DNA from: the human T2T-CHM13v2.0 reference genome, Homo sapiens
DNA length: 64,000 nt
Direction: 5' to 3' (one strand)
Assembly: GCF_009914755.1 (NCBI RefSeq)
Contig: NC_060942.1
In this document: positions 17,921-32,004 of the stretch, in pieces
Numbering within the stretch: position 1 is the stretch's first letter
Layout of the letters: every line of letters starts with the position of its first letter
Made by a program: the position numbers and the translations under genes
The notes under the pieces: generated by a model
Databases searched by the model: none
Told to the model about the DNA's origin: nothing
What the model saw: only the letters and a program-made list of their open reading frames with translations

Positions 17921-20461
17921 CATCCAACTTTCTACATCCAAAAACAAGCTGAGAAAGCAATTCAGTTGCATACATAGGACATTCATGTATGGAAAAGAAT
18001 GGATCAAGTAGAGCCAAAGTCCAGAAGACAGAGCCAAGAGTTGCCGAGATGTACTCCGAAGAAGAACTATGCCCCAGTTGAAGAATGTTCCCTGCCGCTA
18101 GAATAGGAAGCCCTGAAAACCTATGCCCAGTTGGATTTCGGGATTGCGTTAGACCAATGGCTTCTCTGCATTTTTCTGTTCCTTGCCTTTTGATTGGGGA
18201 GATCTATTGCAGTCATTCTATTCCTGTTAGGTGCATGGGTGGGGAGGCGAGGCAGAAAAAAATATATTTTGAGTTTACAGGTGACCACACTGAGAGGAGC
18301 TATACTTGAAAAGCTTCTTTATCTAAACCTTAATTTAAAAATCAGTAAACTAACAGGATGTTCAGAGAGTGTGCGAATGTGTTTTTCTTGTGAGGGATGT
18401 TGATGTTTATGACAGGCCTCATATTATCTTATAGCCATATGCTTGTTCTCTTCCTCACTTCAAGAAGTGGAGTCTATTTTCCCTTTCCTTGAATCTAGTT
18501 TTATGTTGTGACTTGCTTTGATCAATACAATATGGCAAAAGTTATGTTCTGGAATTTCAAAGCCCAGGACATAAAATCAGGCAGCTCTGCTTCCTCCATC
18601 TTAAACCCCAGTCACTATGCAGTAAGACAATCAGACTAGAGAACTGGCTGAGAAGGCAAGTGAAGATAAACACTTGAAGGCTGAGAGTCCATCTTACTTC
18701 TTACAGCTCCAGAGAAGCTCACTGCTCAAATTCCTGGTTAAGAGAATTACAAGAAATTATACCTTTGATATTTTAAAGCCAAAAAGTCTTGAAACAACTT
18801 GTTACAAAGCTATAGATAACTGAAATGCTGTCTTGTATCTTGTTTGAAATATTTGATAACATTATTGTTTTGTGTGTTTTACTTAAAAATATTTTGTTAA
18901 ATTTTCTAAGTTTTTTCTAAACATATTTTGTATATATATTTAAGATATTTTTATCTATTGATACATTGAAGTAAAAGACTTTCAGATACTAGAAATAATC
19001 AGCCTACTCCTCAGATAGATTCTATATCTTCAATGCTACTATACTGTTAAATTCTAGTTTCTATATGGCATTTTATGCATATAAGTTTAGAAACTAGCAT
19101 TTATGCATATATGAAACTAGCATGTATGCATATATATTTATAAGTGAGATTATTCTGTTAAAGGTTTCGTCAAGTTTTGATATCATGATTATATTAGTTT
19201 TAGAAATTGTGTAATTTCTCTCTTTTCCTAATCGCTAAATAATTGCATATTTTATACATTTGTTTGATTTTTGAAAATTTCAGAGGGTTTATCACTGTGC
19301 TATTTTAACCCTACTTTTTAGACGTATTTAATATTTTATGTCAATTGATAGACTTAATAGACTTCTATTTGTAGAATTGATTTTGATGACATATTTCTTT
19401 TAGCTTTTAGATAATTATTCATTATATATTATATTAATATTCATATGTCTCTCATTAGATGGTAAATATATATTAACTAAAAATAGATTCTGGTAATAGC
19501 GCCATCATATAAAACTTGGGGTATCACACTTAATTCAAGTTAAACTAACTGATAGAAAATATACAGTTTATTAGAGACCAGATTTTTGTGATTTTGTAAA
19601 AGAAGAAATTTTAAGTTCAGGACGAGCAGGTTTGGCACAGAGTAGATTTTCTATCCACCAGGAATTTGAAATTAGTGGAAAAATTCTGTATTCAGAGTGG
19701 AAATCCGGCCCCTGTCCTTAAGGTAATTGGTGTCTTGGAAATTATTCCCAGGAGTGCCGAGATCAAAGCCTGGGCTCTGCCGAATCCTCATTCCAGGGAT
19801 GCCATTTCCAGAACAGTTGTCCTTTTCTCTGAAGCTTACACTTCTGAACATTGTAATAGGCAATAATTTGAGTTCATTAATTTGTTAATGTGTATTGATG
19901 AATTTTTCATGTCATTGTTTAAGATAAGCTTATTTCTATAAGAGTATTTCAGCTTTTATGGAATGCATTCAAAATCTGTACTGTCACAGTTAAACAACAG
20001 GAGATCAAAGTTACGATAAGCAGCTATGACCTCTTCTAATGATCAGTACCAGCAATTCTAAATTCACCAACAGATTTTATAGCATATAAGGCATTTAACT
20101 TGTTATGACAAAATAACTTTAGTCTCATTTTAGTATAAATATAGATATTAGCAGAATACAATTTTGAAATAAATAAAAGACCTAGCTCCTGCTAATGCCT
20201 GTGTGTGTACATCCGCATTCTGTGTCTTTTCTCAGGAGATTCAGAATCGCAAATTCACACAATAGAGAAAAGATGCCCATGGACTCTAGTTTTAGAACAC
20301 CGGCTACAAGAAAACACAAAGCAAAATAAGCAACTGAATAATAGTCAACCGAGATGTCTTCTAGTGCCTCATGTACTCACAGTAACTAATGCAGGTGAAA
20401 ACACACCTTATCTGTACTTAAGTCCACTATATTGTAGTCACTTAATTAACTTATTTATAGA

Positions 20462-22612
20462 CTACAGAGCCATGAAAAGACATTGAAGAATCTTATAGAT
20501 ATATTGGTACATCAAATAAGACAGTCTGAAAAGGCTATCTGCTGTATAATTCCAATTATGTGACATCCTGGAAAAGGCAAAATTATAGACAGAGTAAAAA
20601 AAAAAATCAGTGGTTTTGGAAGCAATAGGAAAGGTAAATAGATAAAGCACAAGGGATTTTTAGGGTATTAAAATACATTCTGCATAAATCTGTGACGGTG
20701 GATGCATGACATTATATATTTGTAAAAACATAGAGGTCTTAATGACGAAAAGAGTCCAGGCGCGGGGGCTCAATCCCAGCACTTTGGGATGCCGAGGCGG
20801 GTGGATCACAAGGTCAAGAGATCGAGACCATCCTGGCCAACATGGTGAAACTCTGTCTCTACTAAAAATACAAAAATTAGCCGGTCATGGTGGCGGGCGC
20901 CTTTAGTCTCAGCTACTCAGGAGGCTGAGGCAGGAGAATCCCTTGAACCCGGGAGGAGGAGGTTTGCAGTGAGCCGAGATTGCACCACTGCACTCCAGCC
21001 TGGGCAACTGAGCAAGACTCTGTCTCAAACAACAACAACAACAGCAACAGCAACAACAACAACAGAGATTCTAACCTTAGTACACATGTATGAGACAGAC
21101 TCACTGAAGCAGGGGAGGGAAAAGGTACACATCTAAGTAACTTTGGAAGTGAGTGGGATCTTTAATGACTAAAGCAAAATGACTTGCGTATAAGCACTGT
21201 CCTCCAGATCCTACAATTGTTTCCTAGGGGTTACACAGATGAACAATTCTGACATTGCTATAACAGTTCTCACACATGTAAATTAGTGTCACACATTTAA
21301 GTAAATAGATGGCAGCCCATGGTAGCCAGATTTGTCATTGTTGGGATAGGAGTTTACAGATAAGCAAAGTGAGCAGGTTAGAATGATCCATGTGGTAATG
21401 CATGAGAGTTGGAGATACCAGTATAAATTCACGTTTCACTCAGATGTCCTTCATACAGACACAGATGGTTGCATATGGAAATATTTATAGAAATACATGG
21501 GTTAGTGTGTGCACATAGATTTCATTTCTATGTCAGATGGTATGACACCAAAGAAACAATAGTCTAGTAGCAAGAAGCACACCCAGTTTCCACATCTTGG
21601 TTTCTAATACCATTCTCTAATAAAAGGAAATGGCTCCTTGATGAAATGGCTGATTCTAGCATTGAAAAGGAAATATACAAGATGAGCATCTGATATCTTG
21701 TATTCAGAAAGTAAGGAAGTGCTAAACACACACACAAACACACATTGGTAGGGGTGTGTCAAGGAGACACAGGAGTCAACTGAAAGAGCTACCAAAATCC
21801 AAACAGAGGTGACTTGAGCAACCAAATAAAGTAAATTCAATGATAACCCAAAGTGTAAAATAAAATCCATCAGTACTTATCAATATAAATAAATGACTGA
21901 ATAAATTAACAAATGGTGGAGAATGCCTGGGCCAAGAATCCAAAACACTTATATAGATACTCCACCGTGAAAGAAGAAGAGCCTCATCCTCTATGCCTTA
22001 AGTGTGGGCTGCACATGGTGACTTCCTTCCAAAGATTACAGTGTAGAAAGAGCAGGGAAAGGAACTGTACAGCAGAGAAGCCTAGCAAACCTCAGTCGAT
22101 TGATTAGGTCAATCTTAACAGGTTGTTAGCCATCTTAACAGAATGTAACCTCGATATGTTGTGATAATGAAAATAGCATTTTACCTCTGTGGTGTTCTTT
22201 CCAATGAACAGGACTAGCAATCTACTCACGAGACAAACATCAGATCAATTCCAATAGAGAGGCATCCTGCTATAACAGGGCCAATATTCCTCAAAACTGC
22301 CAAGGTCATCAAAAACAAAGGAAGTCTGTCACAGTCAGGAAGAAACTGCAGAGACATGATAGTTAAGTGTAAAGTTGTATTTGGGATGGGATCCTGGAAT
22401 AGAAATACGACATTATATAAAAACTAAAGAAATCTGAGAAACTAAAGGCTTTAGTTAATAATTATGTTTCAATATTGGTTCATTAATTTTAAGAAAGGTA
22501 CCTTACTAGTGTAAAATGTCAATAATAAGGAAAACTCTGTGGGGGTACATGAGGATTCTCTGTATTACGGTCTCAAATTTTCCAGTCAAAAACTGTTGTA
22601 AAACATAAAATG
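20462..22612 (+). mobile_element. Old L1 3' UTR (L1MD/MC-like), interrupted by an Alu
   Basis: gccatgaaaagacattgaagaatctta...cagtctgaaaaggcta...ggaaaaggcaaaattatag at the start; aataataaggaaaactctgtgggggtacatgaggattctctgtatta at the 3' end. Confidence 0.75.
20754..21063 (+). mobile_element. AluSc with a (CAA/CAG)n tail
   Basis: ggatcacaaggtcaagagatcgagaccatcctggccaac is the Sc-type pattern; tail aacaacaacaacaacagcaacagcaacaacaac. Confidence 0.95.
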
Positions 22613-23494
22613 CATTATACAAACACAAATATGAGTTAAAGAAGATCTCTGTTCTCAAGAAGCTTACTGTCTAGAAAGAAGACAAATACCCAAGAAATTA
22701 CAGTCCTGTGTGGTAAGTTTTATGATAAAGGGAAACAAGGGACATGAGCATCTGGTGGTGGTGTACATAACAAAGGCCATCAGTTCTAGGGAATCCTGTA
22801 GGAGAGAATAATTATGAACTGATATTACAGGAATCAAGGAGTGAAGAGGGCATGAGAAAATGCAAGAAGCAATAAAGTCCAGCCCTGAGTAGTTAACTCC
22901 TTTTATTACCAGGATCGAGAACAAATTCCCTAGACTTTTATGGTTATTCTAAATTTCATTGCAAATGTTCTTTTCTGCATTATCTCCTACTACTCAACTC
23001 TGTATCATTAAAAACTCTCTGTTTCTATCTAGCTTGGATGTATCAATTGCTTAAACATGTTCTGCCCTCTCTGGCCTTCTCTGAATAGTTACTTTCAGGA
23101 TGCTGAGCGCATTTTTGCCCCTTTAAAAGGCTATGCAGTGTTTAATACTGGCCCTGTTTCACTTCTCCTTGAAAAGTCCCAAACTCTTCCACTTCATAAG
23201 TTCCCTTCCTACTGCAAACTCAGTTTGTTGCGTATCCTTCATTTTTAACATCAAGTATATATCACATCTTTTTAGAATCCTCTGAATCCAATTTTAATAA
23301 TTTTATTTTTTTAAAAAATATTTTATGGTAACTTTGGAATTATGTACATTCTTATGTACTTACACATTTTCACCAGTTATATTTCTCAATCCTCCAAATA
23401 ATGAACTTATTTTGAAATCATTGTTTAAGAATCATAGAATCCTTGAGTATCATTTTTCCCTCCACCATTATTTAAAGAGGGAAAGAATAAGAAC

Positions 23495-23990
23495 TCATAT
23501 TTATTGATTTCAATGTATCAGGAACTGTGCAAGGCATGTGAAACATGTTAACTTTTCAACCCCCCAAACTCCTACGTGGTAGGTATCATTATTTTCATTT
23601 TCTGTGAAATGAAACTATCAAAGGTCCCCATCTATGTAAAATCTACCCAAGGAAATATGTCAGAATCCTGAGCGTGGAATCCAACAAGCAACAAAGTTCA
23701 GGCTGTTTCTATTCTCACATACATCCTCCTTTGTGCAAGCAAAGGGATTGAGACTCATAAAGCTGCAATTACTACTGATTGTCATTTTTGTATGACAGCC
23801 ACAGGCCTTGCCAGATATATGACCTTAAGCAATTTTTCAACATCCTAATTCCTGTTTCCTCCTTTTTAAAATGGGGCTAAAAATAGCACACATCTAATGA
23901 GATTGTTGTGAGGAATGAATGAGATGACGTGGGTGAAGTGCTTAGAGCATCCTCTGACCAGGAAAGCCCTGTTGCTACCATTGTTAACAT
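23495..23990. mobile_element. Two degraded MIR SINEs in opposite orientation
   Basis: aggtatcattattttcattttctgtgaaatgaaact (minus core) and tgaccttaagcaa...cctgtttcctcctttttaaaatggggctaaaaatagcac...gattgttgtgagga (plus core). Confidence 0.6.
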
Positions 23991-25169
23991 CATCATACTT
24001 TATTGTCATGATTTCTTTTTTCTTTTCTCAGTTCTCTATGGCATAGAAAACTCCCAAAACTTACGTGTTTGTTTTATGGTTTCTGGTTTTACTTCTATGA
24101 CTGCCTTCTCATTTTCCAGAGTATAAAAAATGAAATGGTATTTGACTTCAGTTCAAGAGCTTCTGTTAGTCACACTAAAGTGCTTAAGGAAAAGTAAGGG
24201 TGTAGTTAAGGCTGTCAGGAAAATATGGGGATTGCCACACGGCTCTGAGCAGGTAGTGATGGGGGCAGTGCAGGTGCATGCAAACTTTCTCTCCTCGTCT
24301 TCAAGCACCCTAATGAACTCAGAAAGGAAACTTTGACATTGAGAGCACAGAGAGAAGAGACCCTAATTGAAATACAGCCATAAAATGTGTGATATATGTT
24401 AGTAATTAGAGAAACTGCTTAGTTCTCTTCTCAGGTTTAATAGCTTCTCAAAGATTGTGAATAAGTTGGGGTACTTTTTAATATTCCTCTGAAATATGTA
24501 TCCATGTACAACTTTGTATTACATAACTAAAAATGTCTTTGATCTGAAGGTCTTAGATTTATCCTAGCAAATTAAGTATTGAACAACTGATCTCTAGGCC
24601 GGCTTTATTCATAAAGCAAATTAGTGAAGGCAATCAGTGCCCAGTTTAGGATGCTGGTCAACACAGAGGGGTACAGAAGCTTCAATCACATCAAATAGCA
24701 TGAGCTGTCATCCAAGAAGAAGGAATGCAGGGTGATCGGCACCATGAGAGTTATCTTAATTCTGTTCAGTTTTTAAAAGGTAAACAATTTTAAAGATGTC
24801 AAGGGTTGGAAGTGTATAACCACATACTCAAATAGGACCGTAATGCAGAAAAGGAGTATTCACAAAGACGTGCCTTTTGTCTCCCCCAGAAAAATACATA
24901 ACACGCTTCAAAATTGAATCATGTGTCACACTAGAGAATTAAAAAATAATAAAATAAATGCATGCATCTGCAAAATTGTCAAAGATGTTCTCAGTTTCAT
25001 GAAATTAAATTATATTGAATTTCATGTTCTCAGGTTCACGATTGATTACCTCCAGTTTCTCATGATCAGCAGTGCTCAATGTCAGTAGGTCTCACTTGTA
25101 CCGGATAACCTGAAAGTTACTGGGAGGTTTGGGTCAACTTTCGAGTCTTCAAATCTATTCAGGAATTTT

Positions 25170-25708
<539 letters not shown>

Positions 25709-26062
25709 ACAGGAGCTATGTTAAAACCTTTCCGTTTGTATATTTGTATATGTGGATATCAAAATGTGCATAGCAAAGGTAACTATAAAATGCTTGGTTT
25801 CAATGCATCCACTTTAATTCTATGAGTTATATTAAAGCTCTAATTCACATAACTGTTGAAGACAATAAGCACAGCACTGAGCTATGTGAAGTGCATGAGA
25901 CATGCCTGGCTCCATTATCTTACATAACTTGGCTGCGAATACTGAAAGGACATTGTGTATCAAAATATTTTAGAAACAAAGACTGTTATACATATATTTG
26001 TTGTATTTTTAGTTTTTAAGTGGGCCATGTATATGGCAGAGCAGGCAAATTTCTATTTGACC

Positions 26063-26332
<270 letters not shown>

Positions 26333-26412
26333 TATTTGACCTTATATGTGGTTTTATTAAAAGAAATAGGATGTTTCCAGTAATGGAAGTGAACCAAAGG
26401 AAGTAGTAAAAA

Positions 26413-26696
26413 TGTATTGAAGTGCTAAATTTTACATTGAATTACATTTAAAAATGTTAACACTGAAAGAAAATATCATTGTTACGTCACCAGCTTTTCA
26501 TGTTATTGACTTATCATAGTAAAATGGCACCTGTAATTAATTTATACTAAATGGCACCTGTATTTGAAATGCTAAATTTTATACCGAATTACATTTAAAA
26601 TGTTATTAACACTAAAAGAAAATATCATTGTCACATCACCAGCCATTCATGATATTCACTTATCATAGTTAAATGGCAGCTGTCATTTGTACTAAT
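26413..26696 (+). repeat. Tandem duplication, ~140-146 bp unit, 2 copies
   Basis: tgtattgaagtgctaaatttta...aaagaaaatatcattgt...cttatcatagt.aaatggca recurs starting at 26413 and 26559. Confidence 0.9.
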
Positions 26697-26867
26697 GTGA
26701 AACATTGGTGATATGTGCCGACCGTCAAGACATATTGAATGAAGGGGCCTGAAGAACAGGTTAATGTGATGAATTGAGGCAGTGCTCCTTTCACGAGGGC
26801 ACTAGCTGCGGGGGGGTCTGTTCCTGCAGACCCCTGATTCCGACAGATGAATAAAGTACACTGACAC

Positions 26868-26947
26868 ACACATCTGCTCCTGAGCATTTTAAAGCATTTT
26901 TATAGTATGCGGTTTTGCCTAATACGGTATTCTCATAGCAAATAAAA
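26868..26947 (+). pseudogene. TUBB8: ~75-bp micro-retrocopy resembling the extreme 3' UTR plus poly(A) of TUBB8-family beta-tubulin mRNA
   Basis: cacatctgctcctgagcattttaaagcatttttatagtatgcggttttgcctaatacggtattctcatagca followed by aataaaa interrupts the LTR. It matches my recollection of the TUBB8 mRNA end, with AATAAA decayed to AATACG. Not verified by search. Confidence 0.55.
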
Positions 26948-27085
26948 TGCTCTGCCAGTCCAGCTGAGGGTCTGAGCAGCTTACAGGCTCCAAGCTGAGT
27001 TCTGTAAACAGCTGCGACTCGGCCCTGATCCACTAGTCAGGTTTGCATTTATTCAGTAAGACTAATTAACAAAAGTTGTGAGTAA

Positions 27086-27103
27086 ATACCACTAGAGGGT
27101 AAA
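27086..27103 (+). promoter_or_regulatory. CTCF-like motif within the LTR
   Basis: ataccactagagggtaaa contains CCACTAGAGGG, the CTCF core (CCASYAGRKGGC). Binding is not shown. Confidence 0.4.
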
Positions 27104-29795
27104 GATTAAAGGCCAGGTTCCCAGGCCTAAAGCAAACACCAAACTTCTGCGTAGGAGGCCGTAAAGTACCTAAGATAGGACAAAAGTTAGTCTTAAGCCC
27201 ATGTAAGTAAACAGTTTTTTGACTATTACTGTAACTAGCTTTAATATATTTCCTATCAGCCAGTTCAAATCCCAGCAGTGAATCAGTGCAGTCACTCCTT
27301 CATACAGGATGGGCTAGACATTCTTTATGCAGGAAATGAAATAGATGAAAGCCTTGTTATGTCAACTTCCAGTCACAGTTCTTAATCATTCCTCATGGGG
27401 CTAATCATTTTGTGCCTTTAGTGCAGAAGAGTTCTGCTACTTTGTAGCTCAACTTTGTACTGATTTCCAAAGACATATTTACAGAGAAGACAACACATCT
27501 CTCTTCACAATTCATCGTACTTAAGGATGGTCTCCTATTCATAGATTCAAGAAAATATTTTAATTATAGTCCACAATTTTCCTGTAACTTCTTTTCTGGG
27601 GGAAGAGGGAGAATAGGAGTCTTATTATTGAGGTGGAAAACATGGAGAAAGAGCTTAATTGTTGCAACAGCAGTACTTTTATCAGGGTAGAGCAATGTCG
27701 TTCTGTTCACTGAAGGATCTAACAGTTCACCCAAGTTACACCGTGTTGTGTAGTCATGCTCCAGGCAGGGTGCCTATTCTTCTCTAGGAGACATAAGTCA
27801 AAACATGGAGAGCTGCCAGCTCTTGATTTTTACTGGCTACAGAGATAAAGAGGAAATGGTTATTCAATAAATAACATTTTTACAATTAAAGATAAAAAGG
27901 TACTAGAAATAAACAGAATATTCTTTGGTTTCATCTACATGGTTACCACAACCCATAGTGCTGAATGTAGGCATATTTCCTGATATGACTATTAACATAA
28001 GGCCCTCTAAATATTTGATGAGTTTATATGTGCCTTACAGAAAATCTAATTTCCAGGTTATCACTGACAGTATGTTCTGCTTCTGAGACTGCTTCTCTTC
28101 TCTAAGAGGAGACAGATTTTCAGGCATATACTTGCTATATCCTAGCAACACTTGGATATATCTGGTCAAGATAAGACAAGATATTAAGAACCATAAAATT
28201 ATTTATGAACCAATCCAATGATTTAGGATATACTTATATCAATGAAACCAATAAGAGGCAATGTCAAAATAATGCAGAAGTAGCAAGAAAAAAAAACCTT
28301 ATTTATTTATAGCTGCAATACATTGTTGTATTGGTTTTACAAGGTTTTATTGAGCCATTGTTGTATTGAAACATACATGCTTTCTATAATCCTAGATATT
28401 TAATTTATGATTTTTAAACATATAATTTTTGAAAATGTGAAAATACAGAATAATTTAATTTTGATTAAAATCAGGTAGTATAAAACATAAATAATTATTT
28501 TGAGCAAGTAATGAGTTGCATTATCATTGTAATTTTTAAGTCTCTTACCTTAATTAATAATATTGCAATCTCATATATCAATAAAAATACAACTGGAACA
28601 AACAGATGTGACTGAGGCATAAATTGCTTGTCTATGTCCAGAATCCAAACATATGATATACTTTACTGTTGAAGATATATTATACAAGAGGCTCAAAGAA
28701 CAGTGCCTCAAACCTTTATTCTATTACTATGTCGAGAAGGAGGCATGCAGAATAAACTTAAATTATTATTCATGCTTCAGGATATTCAAAGAAAATTTTA
28801 TTTGTCCTACAGAGACCTTTGAGCCTGAATAAAGTGAGCAAAACCAGCAATATTCTGAATGTTCAAAGCTTGTTTCAGTCTGCAAATCTACTATGATTTC
28901 TGTAAAGTTATGACTTGACAAGATTTATGCTTGTCTTGTTACATATTCACTTAATTGTGAGTTCCAGAATCCCTGTACATGAAAAAAATGCTACAGGAAG
29001 GGCTGGTTTCAGTAGATTTTTCTGCTGAAAGATTACGATATCTAGCATTAGACATTGAATTAAATTTAGCATTATTCTAGCTACTACACATAGAAGAAAG
29101 GGCAGGCAATATTTTTTGTTGAAAGGAAAGCACGAAAGCATATATGTGCCTCCTCTTCTCTCTCCTTCCCTCCCTCTCTCCTCTGCTGTCTTGTATTTGC
29201 TTCTCTCCCTCTCCCACCCCCTTCTATATAAATACTCATGCAACATCTGCGATATAAAAATCAGCTTTCAAGATTTCTTCTTTTTCTTATCAGAGGTTTT
29301 GTAGTTTGAATGGTATGAGAAAAGCAGCAATTTAAATCTTGATTTTGTTGAAAGGGGTTTAATGAAATAATAACATCTTTTCTAGTTGATATGCACTGAT
29401 AGAATTTTACTGCAAACACGTATGAATTAGTTCAAATATCATGTTTTGAAAAATCTACTTTACCCTGATGAGAACAGAGAAACTTGATCAACAGAACACT
29501 GAGGGCACTAAATCAGAAAGAGACACAATTTTATGAATTCTTTTACTCTTTCAAAAAACACAAGTGAGCCAAATATTCTTTTATCACTAAGGATATAATA
29601 CAAAGAGCTATTGTTGTTTTCTCTCAAAAGCTCACAGTCTGGGAGAAGGTAAAACGTGTATAATAAGAAGTGCATGTGCTCTAGGTCACTTGGATACAGG
29701 TTGATACTGAGCTTCTCATACACATCAGCTATGTTAAAATATAAGAACAGTGGGCTGCAGGCATGAGTTCCTCAAGAAGGGGGGACTTGAGCTAA

Positions 29796-30056
29796 TTTTT
29801 TCTTTTTTTTTAGACTGTTTCTCACTCTGTCACCTAGCCTGGGGTGCAGCGGTGCGATTTTGGCTCACTGCAACCTCCACCTCCAGGTTCAAGCAGTTCT
29901 CCTGCCTCAGCCTCCCAAGTATCTGAGATTACAAGTGTGCACCCCCACACCCAGCTAATTTTTGTATTTTTAGTAGAGAAGGGGTTTCATCATATTGGCC
30001 AGGCTGGTCTCTAACTCCTGACCTCAAGTGATCCACCTGCCTTGGCCTCCCAAAGT
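29796..30056 (-). mobile_element. AluS, 5'-truncated by ~30 bp, within L2 debris
   Basis: Antisense Alu ending cctcccaaagt; tgagctaa on both flanks (TSD). Confidence 0.94.
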
Positions 30057-30814
30057 GAGCTAAGTATTAAAGGTTAATTTTGGTCAAAGAATGTGTATGG
30101 GGAAGATTACACTAAGAGAACAGACCAAGAGAGTGTAACATTGAGGAACTGCAATTTTTTTGGATGGATGAACTATAAGGAACACATGAAAAAAAAATGA
30201 GACGCCAGAGAGGTCGATTGAGATGATCTCTTAGGTCACATTAGGAAAAGTCTTATTACGTGAATGCCTTTATTTTGGGGGGAAGGAGACAACAGGCTAC
30301 TTACAGATTTTAAAGAGTGGATTACCACGATTCACATGCATTTAGAAGTATAATCTTGGAGACAGTTGAGAAATTTACTGGAAGAAGACTACGCTGAATG
30401 AGATGATATGCATCATAAAGCCATTCCCACTGTTAAGGTAAGAAAAATCAGCCTGAAATAAGGACAATGGGGGAAAAGAAGAAAAGAAACAGTCAGAAAA
30501 TCCTGAGGAAGTAAAACAAATTGATGTGGTTAGTTTTAGAGAATATAGAATTTGAGATTCTGGCAGAGCTGTCCAGTTAATGGAAAGAAGACAGTTTGTG
30601 AATTCAACACTAAAAGCATATTTTGGGTGGTAGTTGAAACACTGGTTGTAGGCGAGGTATCAATGCTGTTAGAACAGTGAAAGGAAAAGAAAACCATGCA
30701 TAAATGTAGAATTTAATGCAAAACTCAAATAATAACATTTCCCAAATTTTAGGTCCACATCAAAGTTCCTCAAGGGACAAAGCACATTTCCACAAATCAC
30801 AGTGGCTTATTCTA

Positions 30815-31374
<560 letters not shown>

Positions 31375-31518
31375 CTGTAGAAGGGAGTCTCCACTGGGAT
31401 CTCTGGCTCACTGTGGAAAATAATCTCCACTGGGATCTCTGTCTCATTGTAGAAATGAGTCTCCAGTGGGATCTCTGGCTCACTGTGGACAGGACTCTCC
31501 ACTGGCATCTCTCTCTTG
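31375..31518 (+). repeat. Minisatellite, 36-bp unit x4
   Basis: ctgtagaagggagtctccactgggatctctggctca and three diverged copies start immediately after the THE1 end. Confidence 0.9.
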
Positions 31519-32004
31519 GGTTTTCATGTCCACATTCACCAGGTGCTACTGCCTCTCATGATACCTCTGTGAAACTCCAATCTAGTCAATTATCTTTTCT
31601 AACGCTGCATTTCCTAGGTTATAATCATCTGGTGTAGCAGTCATTGAAATAGTGTGAATATTATCCTGAGATACAGGAAGATTTTTCTAAGGAATTCACT
31701 TGAGTTGGTAAATTTTAATTATTTGATTATTTAACAAATTAAAGGAGGCATAATTGTTAAATCATAAATTATTTAAAATAATTTTTGATGACAAATAAGA
31801 GATATATAATAACATTGCTATAACAAGGTTACTTTATACCTTATTTTCTTATTTATAAAGTTTTTGATAATTTACATAAAAAAGAAAATAAATTAAAGCT
31901 GAACATTTGAATTCTAGTAGTAATTCATATTCTTATATTGATACTTAAACTTAAAACCCCATTGATTTCATTGTGTGATATATTTCTAATAAACAACATT
32001 TGCA

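Larger units (their letters stand above)
26778..27213 (-). mobile_element. ERV LTR fragment with primer-binding site, LTR22 / HERV-K22 (HML-5)-like
   Basis: The minus strand reads ...ggggtctgcaggaacagacccccccgca (LTR end at 26807) then gctagtgccctcgtgaaagg, a degenerate match to the tRNA-Met PBS TGGTGCCCCGTGTGAGG. Minus-strand AATAAA at ~27047. Family is from recall. Confidence 0.6.

Noticed and set aside
19662-19722. 61-bp candidate + strand exon (ccaccag|...aag|gtaatt) with one open frame NLKLVEKFCIQSGNPAPVLK
   Set aside because: Plausible splice sites alone are common by chance. The peptide is unrecognised and no partner exons were found.
25050-25109. 60-bp candidate minus-strand exon (tttcag|...gag|gtaatc)
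   Set aside because: All three frames contain stops and there is no supporting evidence.
31375-31518. 36-bp repeats superficially like a CRISPR array
   Set aside because: The units are contiguous with no unique spacers, there are no cas genes, and the context is primate.
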